This document shows, in pieces, positions 1-12,170 of a stretch of 64,000 bases of DNA (positions within the stretch are counted from its first letter, which is position 1; the number at the start of each line of letters is the position of its first letter). The position numbers were made by a program, and so were the translations under genes. The DNA lies in assembly GCF_030028105.1 (NCBI RefSeq), contig NC_092379.1:22111309-22175308 (forward strand), written 5' to 3'. Under the pieces are notes generated by a model. It did not search any database. It saw nothing but the letters and a program-made list of their open reading frames with translations, and was not told the DNA's origin. This DNA is from Mobula birostris. Lineage: Eukaryota.

Positions 1-715
1 CAGTGGGTTATTTTCTGGATTTAAGAACCACCCATCGGTTCGACATACCGCTGTGAGAGTTGAGCCAACACATGCCCGCAACTGTCTTGGACGGTCGCCC
101 ACTCGGTTCCGGGCAGATCCAGCAACAGATTGTGGATTTACAGATGAGGATAGGGGTCATGTGGAAGACACTAGCTTCCACATTATTGACTCTTCACTCA
201 TATCACTGATCCTCAGGTACCCTGGGCTGTCCCAGTATAACCCATCCGTGGACTGGAGAAAGGGCAGAATCATTGCTTCGTCCATTCATCGTAAGAGGTT
301 TTATTTGCACCATGGTATTCCGAGACGCAAACACTGCTGTGACCAAGAACTAATTAGAGGGCAGCCTTCAGTGTGAGGTAACCTGAGACCTCCTAGAGAC
401 CAAGTCCTGCCCTCAAGGACAAACAAGCCATTTCCAGTCAATAGGACTCTGTGAGTCCAAACACTATCTAGTCATGTCCTCTCGATCAGGACAGGACAAA
501 GCAAATACCTGAACAGTCTGGGGAACTTGCAGCCAAGCTTATGGAATCCAGCTGCCAGTTCCAAAGGAAGGGATAAGACTCCTTTACGCTGACCCTTGAA
601 GTCTTTTTCCAAGAGGGAAATAACCCTCAGTAATGCCTTATTGCTGTTGCCTGAGGATTCAGACGGGGATTTGAAGAGGAAGAAGTGTTCAAAAGGCAAG
701 ATGACACAATTATGG
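1..715 (+). mobile_element. Gypsy/Ty3 (Sushi/chromovirus-like) pol fragment, protease region, decayed
   Basis: Frames read VLDGRPLGSG... and SLILRYPGLSQYNPSVDWRKGRI, matching the ILGxPWLxxHNPxIDW motif after Sushi-type proteases. Clearly homologous to 21930-22260. Confidence 0.7.
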
Positions 716-719
716 TATC

Positions 720-2105
720 AAGGGAACTCAAAGGCAACATAACAGCCAAAGAGAGGGCATATAATTGAGCTGGAATTGGTGGGAATTTGGAGGGTTGGTA
801 AGCATTTAAAATCAACAGAAGGCAACTAAAAAAGTCAATAAGGAGAATCAGATGGAATGCTAAAGTAAGCTACTCAATAATATTAAAGAAACACCAAAAG
901 TCGCTTCAGATACATAAAGTGTAGAAGAGAGGCAAGAGTGGAAATCAATGCTGGAAAGGTAGTAATAGGGGACAAGGAAATGCAGGAGGAACTGAATAAA
1001 TATTTTGCATCACTCTTCGCTGAGGAAGACATGAGCAGTCTGATAGAACATCCGGGCATCGGGGTCATGACGTGTGTGAAGCTGCCATTACTACGGAAAA
1101 GATTTTTGAGAAATAGAAAGGTCTGAAGGTAGATAAATCACCTGGACCTGATGGTGTACACACGAGGGTTCAGAAGGAGGTAGCTTTGGAGATTGTAGAG
1201 GCATTTACTGTGATTTTTCAAGAATCCCTAGATTCTGGAATAGTTCCAGAATTCTGGGAAATTACAAGTGCCATTCTGCTCTTCAAGAAGGGAGAGAGAC
1301 AGAAGGAAGGAACGTATAGGCCAGTTAGTCTGACTTAAGTGGTTGAGAAGATGTTGGAATTGATTGTTAAGTTGTGGTTTTGGGGTACTTGAAGGCACAT
1401 GGTAAGATAGGCAGAAGTCAGCATGGTTTTCTCAAAGGAAAATCTTTCATGACAAATATGTTGGAATTCATTGTAGAAATAAAAAGCAAGATAGACAAAG
1501 GAGAATCAGTTGATGTTGTGTGCTTGGATTTTCAGAAAGCCTTCAACAAGCTGCCACACATGAGGCTGCTTAACAAGCTACGAGCCCATGGTACGACAGG
1601 AAAATTTCCAGGATGTTTAAAGCAGTGACTGATTGGTTGGAGGCAAAGAGTGGGAATAAAGGGAGACTTTTATGGTTGGCTGCAGGTGACTAGTGGTGTT
1701 CCACAGAGGTCTTTGTTCGGAATGATTCTTTTTACATTATATGTCAACGATTTGGATGTTGGGCTTGATGGCTTTGTTGCAAAGTTTGCAGACGATATGA
1801 AGACAGGTCGAGAGGCAGGTCATTTTGAGGAAGTAGAGAGGCTACAGAAAGATAGGCAGATTAGAAGAATGGGCAAAGAAGAGGCAGACGGAATACAATT
1901 CGGGAAGTGTATGGTCATGCTCTTTGGCAGAAGAAATGAAAGGGTTGACTATTTTCAAAATAGACAGAAAATACGAAACACTGAGACACAAAGTGTTTTG
2001 CAAGTCCTCGTGCAGGATACCCGAAAGGTTAATTTGTAGTCGGTGGTGAGGAAGGCAAATGTGATGTAGAGGACTAGAATATAAAATCAAGGATGTAATG
2101 TTGAT
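720..2105 (+). mobile_element. CR1/L3 LINE ORF2 fragment (linker + RT), frameshifted
   Basis: QHGFLKGKSFMTN, CLDFQKAFNKLPH, SGVPQ and KFADD motifs in ORFs 1374-1628 and 1650-2039. Confidence 0.9.
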
Positions 2106-2317
2106 AATTTAAACGGCAACGAACGGTAAACATCGCCGTTCAGCGCAGGCGTAAAGCTGCTGCGCTTTTGTTCCCAAAGTTTTCTGTGTTCAATCACAAG
2201 TCTTGTCCTTTTCACAATTTTACAGCTTTGCTGAAACTTCCACTTTAATTTTATGAACGAAATGGACCTTTCTGAAAAATTTTCGTGCCATTCAGCCCCT
2301 GCCACTATTTTAAACAA
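2106..2317 (-). pseudogene. Unidentified conserved ORF, copy 1, truncated by CR1
   Basis: IEHRKLWEQKRSSFTPALNGDVYRSLPFKL; the same frame is conserved at 30809-31027 and 50784-51002. Confidence 0.5.
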
Positions 2318-2530
2318 ATGTCACCAATGGTGAGGCAAGCTGTGTGTCGGATCTGCAGGCAAACCGATGGAGATAAAAAGCGAGGGTGGCAACATGCAGA
2401 CCTCCAACCAATAGAGACAGGCGGTCGGCATGTTTCTCTAACCAGATAAAAGACAGGTGGGAGGACCAGCAGACCTTTTAATCAATGGCTGCAGGGATAG
2501 AAACAGGTAGGTGGGAGGTCTGGTTCACTG
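2318..2530. promoter_or_regulatory. CCAAT-box promoter-like block, copy 1
   Basis: CCAAT at 2324 and 2408, with degenerate boxes near 2362 and 2480. Homologous to 31085-31310 and 51060-51290. Confidence 0.45.
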
Positions 2531-2679
2531 TGTCTACCTGACATTTTCTCTGACGTTTCCCTTCTCTGTCTTCCCTCCGCAAACAGCCTCCGGTGGGAAT
2601 GGCCTGTGTATACTTACATCCCGACACTCTCGCAGACATCCTCTCTGCATCAACCCCATCTGGGCCTTTCAATGGTCAA

Positions 2680-2940
2680 TAGGTTTCTGAGTTTTTTATG
2701 GCGGTTGGCCATACTGTTCCTGGTTTTGGGGAATGACCCTGGCCAGGTGATTAACCTTTCAGTGGGTGAACAGTTCGGGAATCATGACCACAACTTGTTA
2801 ACTTTCAGGATAGTTATCGACAAGAATAGGTATGGTCCTTGTGGAAGAGATTTAAATTGACACAGGGCAATTTACAAGGGCATTAGGCAAGAACGAAGAA
2901 GCGTTAATTGGGAACACCTTTTCTCTGGCAAGTCCACATC
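2680..2940 (+). mobile_element. CR1 endonuclease-end fragment
   Basis: LVLGNDPGQV...GNHDHN motif at the C-terminus of the CR1 APE domain. Confidence 0.75.
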
Positions 2941-2942
2941 AG

Positions 2943-4560
2943 ACATAAGACCGTGAGACAGGAGCAGTATTAGGCCATTCTGCCCATCAAGGCTGTACTG
3001 CCATTCCATCATGGCTGATCCTGGATTCCACTCAACCCCATAAACCTGCCTTCTCACCATATCCTTAGATGCCCTGACTGATCAGGAAAATATCAACGTG
3101 CCTTAAATATGCCCACAGAATTGGCCTCCACTGCAGTCTGTGACAGACCATTCCACAGTTTCACTTTAGGCATCTGTAGTCTCGTGAAACCATGGATTTG
3201 GCCTGGGCAAGGTTGTATCAAAGACCGGCAGTTGCCCATGCTGCAAGTCTCCCCTCTCCATGCCACTGATGTTGTCCAAAGGAAGGGACTCGGGCCAATA
3301 CAGATTGGCACCAGTGTCGTCGCAGAGCAATGTGTGGTTAAGTGCCTTGCTCAAGGACACAACACACTGCCTTAGCTGAGGCTCAAACCAGTGATCTTCA
3401 GATCACTAGACAGATGCCTTCACCAGTTGGCCACACGCCAACACACAAATTCACTACTCTCAGGCTAAAAAAAAATCCTCCTTACCTCTGTTCTGAAAGA
3501 TCCCCCTCAATTTTGAGACTGTGCACTCTTGTTCTGCATACTCCCACCATAGGAATCATCCTCTCTACTCCACCCTATCTCGTCCTTTCAACATTCACTA
3601 GGTTTCAATGAGATCTGTCTGCATTCTGCTAAGTTCCAGCGAGTACAGGCCCAACACTGCCAAACTCTCCTCATATGTTAACCCCTTCATTTCTGGAATT
3701 ATCCTCGTGACTCTCTCCAATGAAAACACACCCTTTCTGAGATAAGGGGCCCAAAACTGTTGACAATACTCCAAGTGCAGCCTGATTAGTGTCTTTTAAA
3801 GCCTCAGCAATATCTCCTTGCCTTTATATTTTATTCCCATGAAATAAATGCTAATATTGCATTTGCCTTCTTCACCACAGACTCAACCTGTAAATTAAAC
3901 TTCTGAGAGTCTTACATGAGGACTCCTAAGTCCCCTTGCACCTCTGTTGTTTGAACCTTCTCCCCATTTAGATTGTAGTCTGCACTATAGTTTCATTTAC
4001 CAAAATGCATTACCATGTATTTCCCAAGATTGTATTCCATCTGCCACTTTTTGCCCATTCTTCCAATTTATCTAAGTCCTACTGCAATTGCATTGCTTCC
4101 TCAGGACTACCTACCCCTCCACCTATCTTTGTATCATCCACAAACTTTGCTACAGAGCCATTAATTCCATTATCTGAATCATAACCAAACAATGTGAAAA
4201 GTAGCGGTCTCAATACTGAGGAACATCACTAGTCAATGGCAACCAACCAGAGAAGGGCCTTTTTATTCCCACTTGCTGCCTCCCACCTGTCAGTCATTCC
4301 TCTGTCCATGCCAATATCTCTCCTGTAACACCATTCAATTTTATCTTGTAAAGCAGCCTCATGTGTTGTTCTTTATCAAATAACTTTTCAAAATCCAAGT
4401 AAATACCATTCACTGCCTCTCCTTTGTCCAGCCTGCTTGTTAGTTCCTCGAAGAACTCTAACAGATTTGTCAGGCAAGATTTCCCATTGCAGAAACGACG
4501 CTGACTTTGACAAGTGTTATCATTCGTCTCCAAATACCCCAAACCTCATCCTAAAGAAAG
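2943..4560 (-). mobile_element. CR1 3' half, interrupted by a SINE
   Basis: Minus-strand GKSCLTNLLEFFEE and YLDFEK motifs; CR1-type 3' tail near 2945-3010. Confidence 0.85.
3171..3442 (-). mobile_element. tRNA-derived SINE
   Basis: On the minus strand: A-box-like TGGCCAACTGG, B-box-like GGTTTGAGCC, and the fish-SINE core GTGTCCTTGAGCAAGGCACTTAACC. Flanked by diverged direct repeats CACAGTTTCACT / CACAAATTCACT inside the CR1. Confidence 0.7.
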
Positions 4561-4569
4561 AGACTTCAA

Positions 4570-6395
4570 CACTTCCCAACCACTGAGTTTTGGATAACTC
4601 GCCTATAATTTCCTTTATTTTGCCTTCCTCCCTTCTTAAAGAATGGAGGGTGTTTAAAGAGCAATTGCACAGAGTACAGGAAAGGTATGTACCTGTTAGA
4701 AGGAAGGATGGGGATGGAAATATAAGAGAACCTTGGATATCCAGAGAGGTGATGAATTTAGTCAAGAAGGAAAAGAAGTATGTAAAGTTTCAGATGTTTG
4801 GATCAAAGGAAGCACATGAGGAGTGTAAAGAAACGAGAAAGGAAGTAAAGGGAATGAGGAAAGCCAGCAAGGGCCATGAAAAGTCCTTGGCAAGTGGGAT
4901 TAAGGTGAATCTGATGATAACTTAGAACAGGGTGGGACCACTCAAGAATGGGGAGAGAGGACATTTGCTTGAATGCAGAGAATGTGAGTGAGGTGCCAAG
5001 TGAGTACTTTGGTTCAGTACTTACCAAGGAAAACGATATGGAGGACCAGGAGATCAGTGCTGAGTATATAAATACATTCGGGCATTTAGAGGTCAAGGAG
5101 AAAGAAGTGTTGGACCTCCTGATCAGGATTAAGATGGATAACTCCTCAGGGCCAGATGTAATTGACTCCAGGTTATTGAAGGATGCAAGAGGTGAGCTTG
5201 CTGGGCCCTTGACCAGCATCTTTGTGTCCTCTCTCGCCACAGGTGAGGTCCCTGAAGACTGGCGAGTGGCTAATATTGTACCTCGATTTAAGAAGGGAAA
5301 AAGGGAGAATTGTGGGAACTATGGACCAGTAAATCTCACTTCAACTGAAGGGAAATTGCCCAATAAAAATCATAAGGATAGGATATCTGAGCATTTGGAA
5401 ACCCATGGCCTAATTGGGGCGAGACAGCATGGCTTTAAGCGTGGTAGGTTGTGCCTTACCAACTTGATAGAGTTTTTTGACAAGGTGACAAGACAGATTG
5501 ATGAGGGTGGGGCAGTGGTTGTTGTCTACATGGATTTTAGGAGGGCATTTGACAAAGTCCCCCATGGGAGGCTAATCCAGAAGATTAACATACATGGGAT
5601 CCGTAGCAAATTTGCTGTTGGATTCAGAACTGGCTTGTGAATAGAAGACAGAGGGTAATGGTTTAGGGGACTTGTTCAAGCTGGAGGTCTGTAATTAGTG
5701 GAGTTCCGTAGGTATCTGTGCTGGGACTTCTGCTGTCTGTAATGTATATAAATGATCTGGATGAAAATGTGGACGGGTGGGTTTGTAAATTTGTGAATGA
5801 TACCAAGAATGGTGGAGTTGTTGGCAGTGTAGAAGACTGGCAAAGAATACAGCACAACATTGATCAGCTGCAGATGTGGACTGAGAAATGGCAGAATGGA
5901 GTCTAATCCAGATAAATGTGAGGTGTTACACCCCGGGAGGGCAAATGAAAAGAGACAGTACACCTTTAACAGCAAGGCCTTTTACAGTGTTGTTGAGCAG
6001 AGAAATCTTGCGTTCCAAGTTCATACTCCTTGAAAGTGGCTACACAGGTCAATAAGATGGTTAACAAGGTTTAAGGAATGCTTGCTTTTAATATTCGAGG
6101 CATTGAGTTCGAAAGTCAGGAGGTTATGTTGCAACTTTTATAAAAGTCAGGTTAGACCACACTGAAGTACTGCATGCAGTTCTGGTTGCCCCACCGTTGG
6201 AAGGAAGTTGAGGCTTTGGAGAGGGTGTAGAAGAAGTTTGCCAGGATGCTGCCTGGTTTCGAGGGAACATGCAAGCAGGAGAGGCCACATAAACTTGGGT
6301 TGTTTTCTCTGGAGCGTTGGAGGCTGAGGGGTGGCAGAATCTGATAGAGGTTTGCAAGATTATGAGAGACAACGATAAAGTGGACAGAGAGTTTG
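4570..6395 (+). mobile_element. CR1 ORF2 fragment (linker, RT, C-terminus)
   Basis: ORF 4948-5640 has QHGFKRGRLCLTNL and YMDFRRAFDKVPH; downstream VLGLLL...INDLD and KFVND. Confidence 0.9.
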
Positions 6396-6399
6396 GGTC

Positions 6400-7632
6400 T
6401 AATGATGTCTACTATAAGCCCACGTCTCTCAAAGCTACCTGGACTATTCCTCTTCCCACACTGTTACTTGTAAAAGTGTCACCCCCTTCTCTCAATTTCT
6501 CCGTCTCCACCGCATCTGCTCTCAGAATGAGGCTTTCCATTCCAGGATGAAGGAGATGTCTTCCTTTTTTAAAGAAAGGGGCTTCCCTTTCTCCACCATC
6601 GACTCAACCCTCAAATGCATCTCTCTCATTTCACGCACACCCGCTCTCACCCCATCCTCCCACCACCCCACTAGGGATAGGGTTCCTCTTGTCCTCATCT
6701 ACCACCCCACCAGCCTCCGTGTCCAACATATAATTCTCCATAACTTCCGCCATCTACAATGGGACCCCAGCATCAAGCACATTTTTCCCTACCCCCCCCC
6801 ACTTTCTGCTTTCCACAGGGATCGCTCCCTACACGACTCCTTTGTCCATTCATCCCCCCTATCCCTTCCCACTGATCTCCCTCCTGGCACTTACCTTGGT
6901 AAGCGGAACAAGTTCTACACCTGCCCTTACACTTCCTCCCTCACCACCATTCAGGGCCCCAGACAGTCCTTCCAGGTGAGATGACTCTTCACCTGTGAGT
7001 CTGCTGGTGTGATATACTGTATTCCGTGCTCCCAGTGTGGCCTTCTATATATTGGTGAGACCCGACGCAGATTGGGAGACTGCTTCACTGAACACCTACA
7101 CTCTGTCCGCCAGAGGAAGCAGGATCTCCCTGTGGCCACACATTTTAATCCTACGTCCCATTCCCATTCCGATATGTCAATCTATGGCCTCTTCTACTCT
7201 CGAGATGAAGCCACACTTAGGTTGGAGGAACAACACATTATATTCCGTCTGGGTAGCCTCCAACCTGATGGCATGAACATTGATTTCTCTAACTTCTGTT
7301 AATACCCCTCCTCCCCTTCTTACTCCATCCCTTATTATTTATTATCATTATTATAATTTTTTTCTCTCTTTCCCTCTCACAACAACTCCTTGCCTGTTCT
7401 CCATCTTGCTCTGGTGCTCCCCTCCCCTCTTCTTTCTTCCAAGGCCTTCTGTCCCATGATACTCCCCCTTCCCCAGCCTTGTATCCCTTTTTCCAATCAA
7501 CTTCCCAGCTCTTGACTTCATCCCTCCCCCTCCTGTCCTGACGAAGAGTTTCAACCTGAAATGTTGACTGTACTTCTTCCTTTGGATGCTGCCTGGCCTG
7601 CTGCGTTGCACCAGCATTTTGTGTGTGTTGTG
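6400..7632 (+). mobile_element. Penelope-like element (PLE), 5'-truncated: RT thumb, GIY-YIG endonuclease, terminal repeat (pLTR)
   Basis: VIYCIPCSQCGLLYIGETRRRLGDCFTEH GIY-YIG motif (7009-7302); RT thumb region YYKPT...; pLTR with degenerate hammerhead. Confidence 0.9.
7535..7569 (+). ncRNA. Hammerhead ribozyme motif, degenerate
   Basis: GTC-CTGACGA-agagtttcaacct-GAAATGTT-GACT; stem II and stem III carry mutations. Confidence 0.5.
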
Positions 7633-7649
7633 TGGACAGAGAGTATCTC

Positions 7650-8820
7650 TTTCCCTGGGTTGAAACATGTAATACCAGAGGGAATGAATTTTAGGTAAAG
7701 GGGTGTAGGTCGAAGGGGATATGAGGGGTGAGTTTTATATGCAGAGAGTGGAGGATGTCTGGAATGCGCTGCCTAGTGTGGTGGTAGACGCAAGTACATT
7801 AGAGATGTTTGGAGAGGCAAGTGGATGTAGGGAAGAAGGGGGGATATGGACATGGTGTAGGTGGTAGGGATTGGTGCTTGGGTGTTTTTGATTTACTTTG
7901 TAGCTGGTTTGGCTCACCAGTGCAGCCAAAATGGCCCAAGCTGTAGTAAATTATTTTGGTGCCGCATCCCAAGGGAAAGAATTTGTCGAATTCCTACGAG
8001 TTTTTTTTTAGATTAGGGGTGAATGAGCCCACTTGGCAATTACTCTGGATTGGGCGTTGTGCAATGAACCAGAATAGAGTGGGCAGTTTTAGGTAAGGGA
8101 ACACTTGGGAGCCAGTGATCATAATATGATGTAATGCACCCTGCAATTAATTTGAAAAGGAGAATCTAAAGTCAGTATTACAGTGGAGTGAAGGGAATTA
8201 CAGAGGTATGAGGGAGGAGTGGGCCAAAATTGATTGGAAGGGGACACTAGAAGGGATGACGGCACAGCAGAAATGGCTGGATTATCTGGGATCAATTTGA
8301 AAGGCACAATACAGATGGACCCCAAAGAAGAAATATTCTAAAGGCAGGATCATGCCAGGCAACATCTATGGAAAAGAGTTAACAAACAATGATTCAGACC
8401 AAGACCCTTCATCAGTCTGAAACTTTGATGGTTTACTCTTTATTGTAGGTGCTACCAGGCCTGCTGAACTCTTCCAGCACAGTGTGTGTGTTGCCAAATG
8501 ACCCATAGTTCTACAGGAGAGATACGAACCTGGATAGAACATTCTCTGATTGGTAGGAGGCAAAAAGTAGGAATAAAGGGAGCCTTTTCTGGTTAGCTGC
8601 TGGTGACTCGTGATGTTCCACAAGGGTCTGTGTTTGGACTGCATCTTTTCATGTAAAATGTCAGTGAATTGGATTACAAAATTGATGGCTTTTATGGCCA
8701 AGTTTGTGGATGATACTGAGAGAGGTGGAAAGGCAGATAGAGTTGAGAAAGCAGAGAGGCTACAGAAATACTTAGATTTTAAAAATGGGCAAAGAAGTGG
8801 CAGATATGATAAAGTGTAGA
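7650..8820 (+). mobile_element. Mosaic of CR1 fragments with a short PLE pLTR remnant at about 8385-8495
   Basis: CR1 3' end, APE remnant and RT KFVDD fragment. The pLTR remnant has an inverted CTGATGAAGGGTCTTGG piece followed by GCCTGCTGAACTCTTCCAGC...GTGTGTGTTGC. Confidence 0.7.
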
Positions 8821-9705
8821 CTACTTTCTAAGCAAGAAGGCTGCGAGTGGAACGGCTGAGGATTTCTGGAGCGAAGGCGTTTTACTACTCAGGGTAAAGA
8901 GAGGCAAGACTGCGCAGGCGCGTGATGTCTGCCGGTAGAGCGGGAAATGTTTAAAGACTGCCATATCCAGCGGGCAGCGGAGTGAGAGGGCTTAAGCTCA
9001 ACGGGCTTAGGCAGTAACGGGATGAGGTGAGGTAGGTTTACCTGTGTTAATTGTAGAAAGGAGGTATGTGTGTGAAGCCGGTGTTCTGTGCTCGGTGTCA
9101 GATGTGGGAGGTCCTGGAGTCTGCCAGCTTCCCGGACGGCCATATCTGCACCCGGTGTGTCGAGCTGCAGCTCCTAAGGGACCGCGTTAGGGAACTGGAG
9201 TTGCAGCTTGATGACCTTCGTCTGGTCAGGGAGAGCAAGGAGGTGATAGAAATAGTTATAGGCCGGTGATCACACCAAGGCCACAGGAGCCAGGCAAGTG
9301 GGTCACAGTCAGGAGAGGGAAGGGGAAGAGCCAGGTACTCGAGAGTACCCCTGTGGCTGTCCCTCTGAACAATAAGTACTCCTGTTTGATTACTGTTGGG
9401 GGAAGCAACAGTGGCCATGCCTCTGGCACAGAGTCTGGCCCTGTGGATCAGAAGGGTAGGGAAAGGAAGAGAAAGGCAGTAGTGATAGGGGACTCTATAG
9501 TTAGGGGTTCAGACAGGCGATTCTGTGGACGCAGGAAAGAAACTGGGATGGTAGTTTGCCTCCTAGGTGCCAAGGTCCGGGATGTTTCAGATCGCGTCCA
9601 CGATATCCTGCAGTGGGAGGGAGAACAGCCAGAGGTCGTGGTACATATTGTCCTGAAAACAAATTACAGGGAGTTAGGAAGGAAGTTGAGAAGCAGGACC
9701 GCAAA

Positions 9706-10474
9706 GTTAGAGGGGGTACACTTTGGAAGGCCAAACTCCAAGGCAGAGTACAAAGTAAATGGCAGGATACTTGGTAGTGTGGAGGAGCAGAGGGATCTGG
9801 GGGCACATGTCCACAGATCCCTGAAAGTTGCCTCACAGGTAGACAGGGTAATAAAGAAAGCTTATGGGGTGTTCGCTTTCATAAGTCAAGGGATAGAGTT
9901 TAAGAGTCGCGATGTAATGATGCAGCTCTATAAAACTCTGGTTAGGCCACACATGGAGTACTGTGTCCAGTTCTGGTCGCCTCACTATAGGAAGGATGTG
10001 GAAGCATTGGAAAGGGTACAGAGGAGATTTACCAGGATGCTCCCTGGTTTAGAAAGTACGGATTATGATCAGAGTTTAAGGGAGCTAGGGCTTTACTCTT
10101 TGGAGAGAAGGAGGATGAGAGGAGACATGATAGAGGTGTACAAGATATTAAGAGGAATAGATAGAGTGGATAGCCAGCACCCCTTTCCCAGGGCACCACT
10201 GCTGATTACAAGAGGACATGGCTTTAAGGTAAGGGGTGGGAAGTTCAAGGGGGATATTAGAGGAAGGTTTTTTACTCACAGAGTGGTTGGTGTGTGGAAT
10301 GCACTGCCTGAGTCAGTGGTGGAGGCAGGTACACTCGTGAAGTTTAAGAAACTACTGGACAGGTATATGGAGGAATGTAAGGTAGGGGATTATATGGGAG
10401 GCAGGGTTTGAGGGTCGGCACAACATTGTGGGCCGAAGGGCCTGTAATGTGCTGTACTATTCTATGTTCTATGT
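9706..10474 (+). mobile_element. 5'-truncated young CR1 3' end nested in ORF1 of the host CR1
   Basis: VHFGRPNSKAEY...YMGGRV, ending in a TATTCTATGTTCTATGT tail; host ORF1 resumes with ISGLLPVP at 10475. Confidence 0.85.
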
Positions 10475-11520
10475 AATCTCAGGATTACTGCCTGTGCCAT
10501 GTGACAGTGAGTATAGGAATAGAATGAGGTGGAGGAAAAATGCGTGGCTGAGGGATTGGAGCGGGGGCAGGAATTCAGATTTCTGGATCATTGGGACCTC
10601 TTTTGGGGCAGGTGTGACCTGTACAAAAATGACAGGTTGCACTTGAATCCCAGGGGACTAATACCCTGGCGGGGAGGTTTGCTAAGGCTACTGGGGAGAG
10701 TTTAAACTAGAATTTTTCGGGGGTGGGAACCGAACTGAAGAGACTGGGGAAGAGGCGATTGGCTCACAAATAGAGAAAGCTTGGAGACAGTGTGTGAGGG
10801 AGGAAAGGCAGGTGATAGAGAAGGGACGCGCTCAGACCGACAGTTTGAGATGTGTCTATTTTAATGAAAGAAGTATTGTGAACAAAGCGGATGAGCTTAG
10901 AGCGTGGATCAGTACTTCGAGCTATGATATGTTGGCCATTACAGAGACTTGGATGGTTCAGGGACAGGAATGGTTACTTCAAGTGCCGGGTTTTAGATGT
11001 TTCAGAAAGGACAGGGAGGGAGGCAAAAGAGGTGAGGGCGTGGCACTGTTGATCAGAGATAGTGTCACGGTTGCAAAAAAGGTGGATGTCATGGAGGGAT
11101 TGTCTACGGAGTCTCTGTGGGTGGAAGTTAGGAACAGGAAGGGGTCAATAACTCTACTGGGTGTTTTTTTCGGTCACCCAATAATAACAGGGATATCGAG
11201 GAGCAGGTAGGGAAACAGATCCTGGAAAGGTGTAATCATAACATAGTTATCGTGGTGGTTGATTTTAATTTCCCAAATATCGATTGGCATCTCCCCAGAG
11301 CAAAGGGTTTAAATGGGGTGTAGTTTGTTAGGTGTGTTCAGGAGGGTTTCTAGACACAATATGTAGATGAGCCTACAAGAGGAGAGACTACTTGATTTGG
11401 TATTGGGAAATGAACCTGGTCAGGTGTCAGATCTCTCAGTGGGAGAGCATTTTGGAGATAGTGATCATTATTCTATCTCATTTACAATAGTATTGGCGAG
11501 AAAAAGGAAAAAGTTAGAAA

Positions 11521-11556
11521 AGTCCTGACGACGGGTCTCAGCCTGAAACGTCGACT
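11521..11556 (+). ncRNA. Minimal type I hammerhead ribozyme motif
   Basis: AGTC-CTGACGA-cgggtctcagcct-GAAACGTC-GACT. Confidence 0.75.
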
Positions 11557-11620
11557 GCACCTCTTCCTAGAAGATGCTGCCTGGCCTGCTGCGTTCACCA
11601 GCAACTTTTATGTGTGTTGC
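11524..11620 (+). mobile_element. 97-bp PLE-derived hammerhead mini-insertion
   Basis: 13-bp direct repeat AAGTTAGAAAAGT at 11511-11523 and 11621-11633. Confidence 0.9.
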
Positions 11621-12170
11621 AAGTTAGAAAAGTGTTTAATTGGAGTAAGGAGAATTAGGAGGTTATCAGGCAGGAACTTGGAAGCTTAAATTGGGAACAG
11701 ATGTTCTCGGGAAAGGTATGGAAGAAATGTGGCAAATGTTCAGGGGATATTTGTGTAGAGTTCTGCATAGGTACATTCCAATGGGACAGGGAAGTTATGG
11801 TAGGGTTCAGGAACCGTGGTGTACAAAGGCTGCAGTAAATCTAGTCAAGAAGAAAAGAAAAGCTTATGAAAGGTTCAGAGAGCTAGGTAATGTTAGAGAT
11901 CTAGAAGATTATAAGGCTAACAGGAAAGAGCTTAAGAAGGAAATTAGGAGAGCCAGAAGGGGCTATGAGAAGGCCTTGGCGGGCAGGATTAAGGAAAATC
12001 CCAAGGCATTCTACAAGTATGTGAAGAGCAAGAGGATAAGACGTGAATGAATAGGACCTATCAAATGTGACAGTGGGAAAGTGTGTATGGAACCGGAGGA
12101 AATAGCACAGGTACTTAATGAATACTTAGCTTCAGTATTCACTACAGAAAAGGATCTTGGTGATTATAGG

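Noticed and set aside
2540-2590. Conserved plus-strand splice acceptor (also 51300-51340) opening LWWEWPVY...
   Set aside because: More simply explained as the reverse complement of a purine-rich LINE tail; no downstream donor or extended ORF. Not fully excluded.
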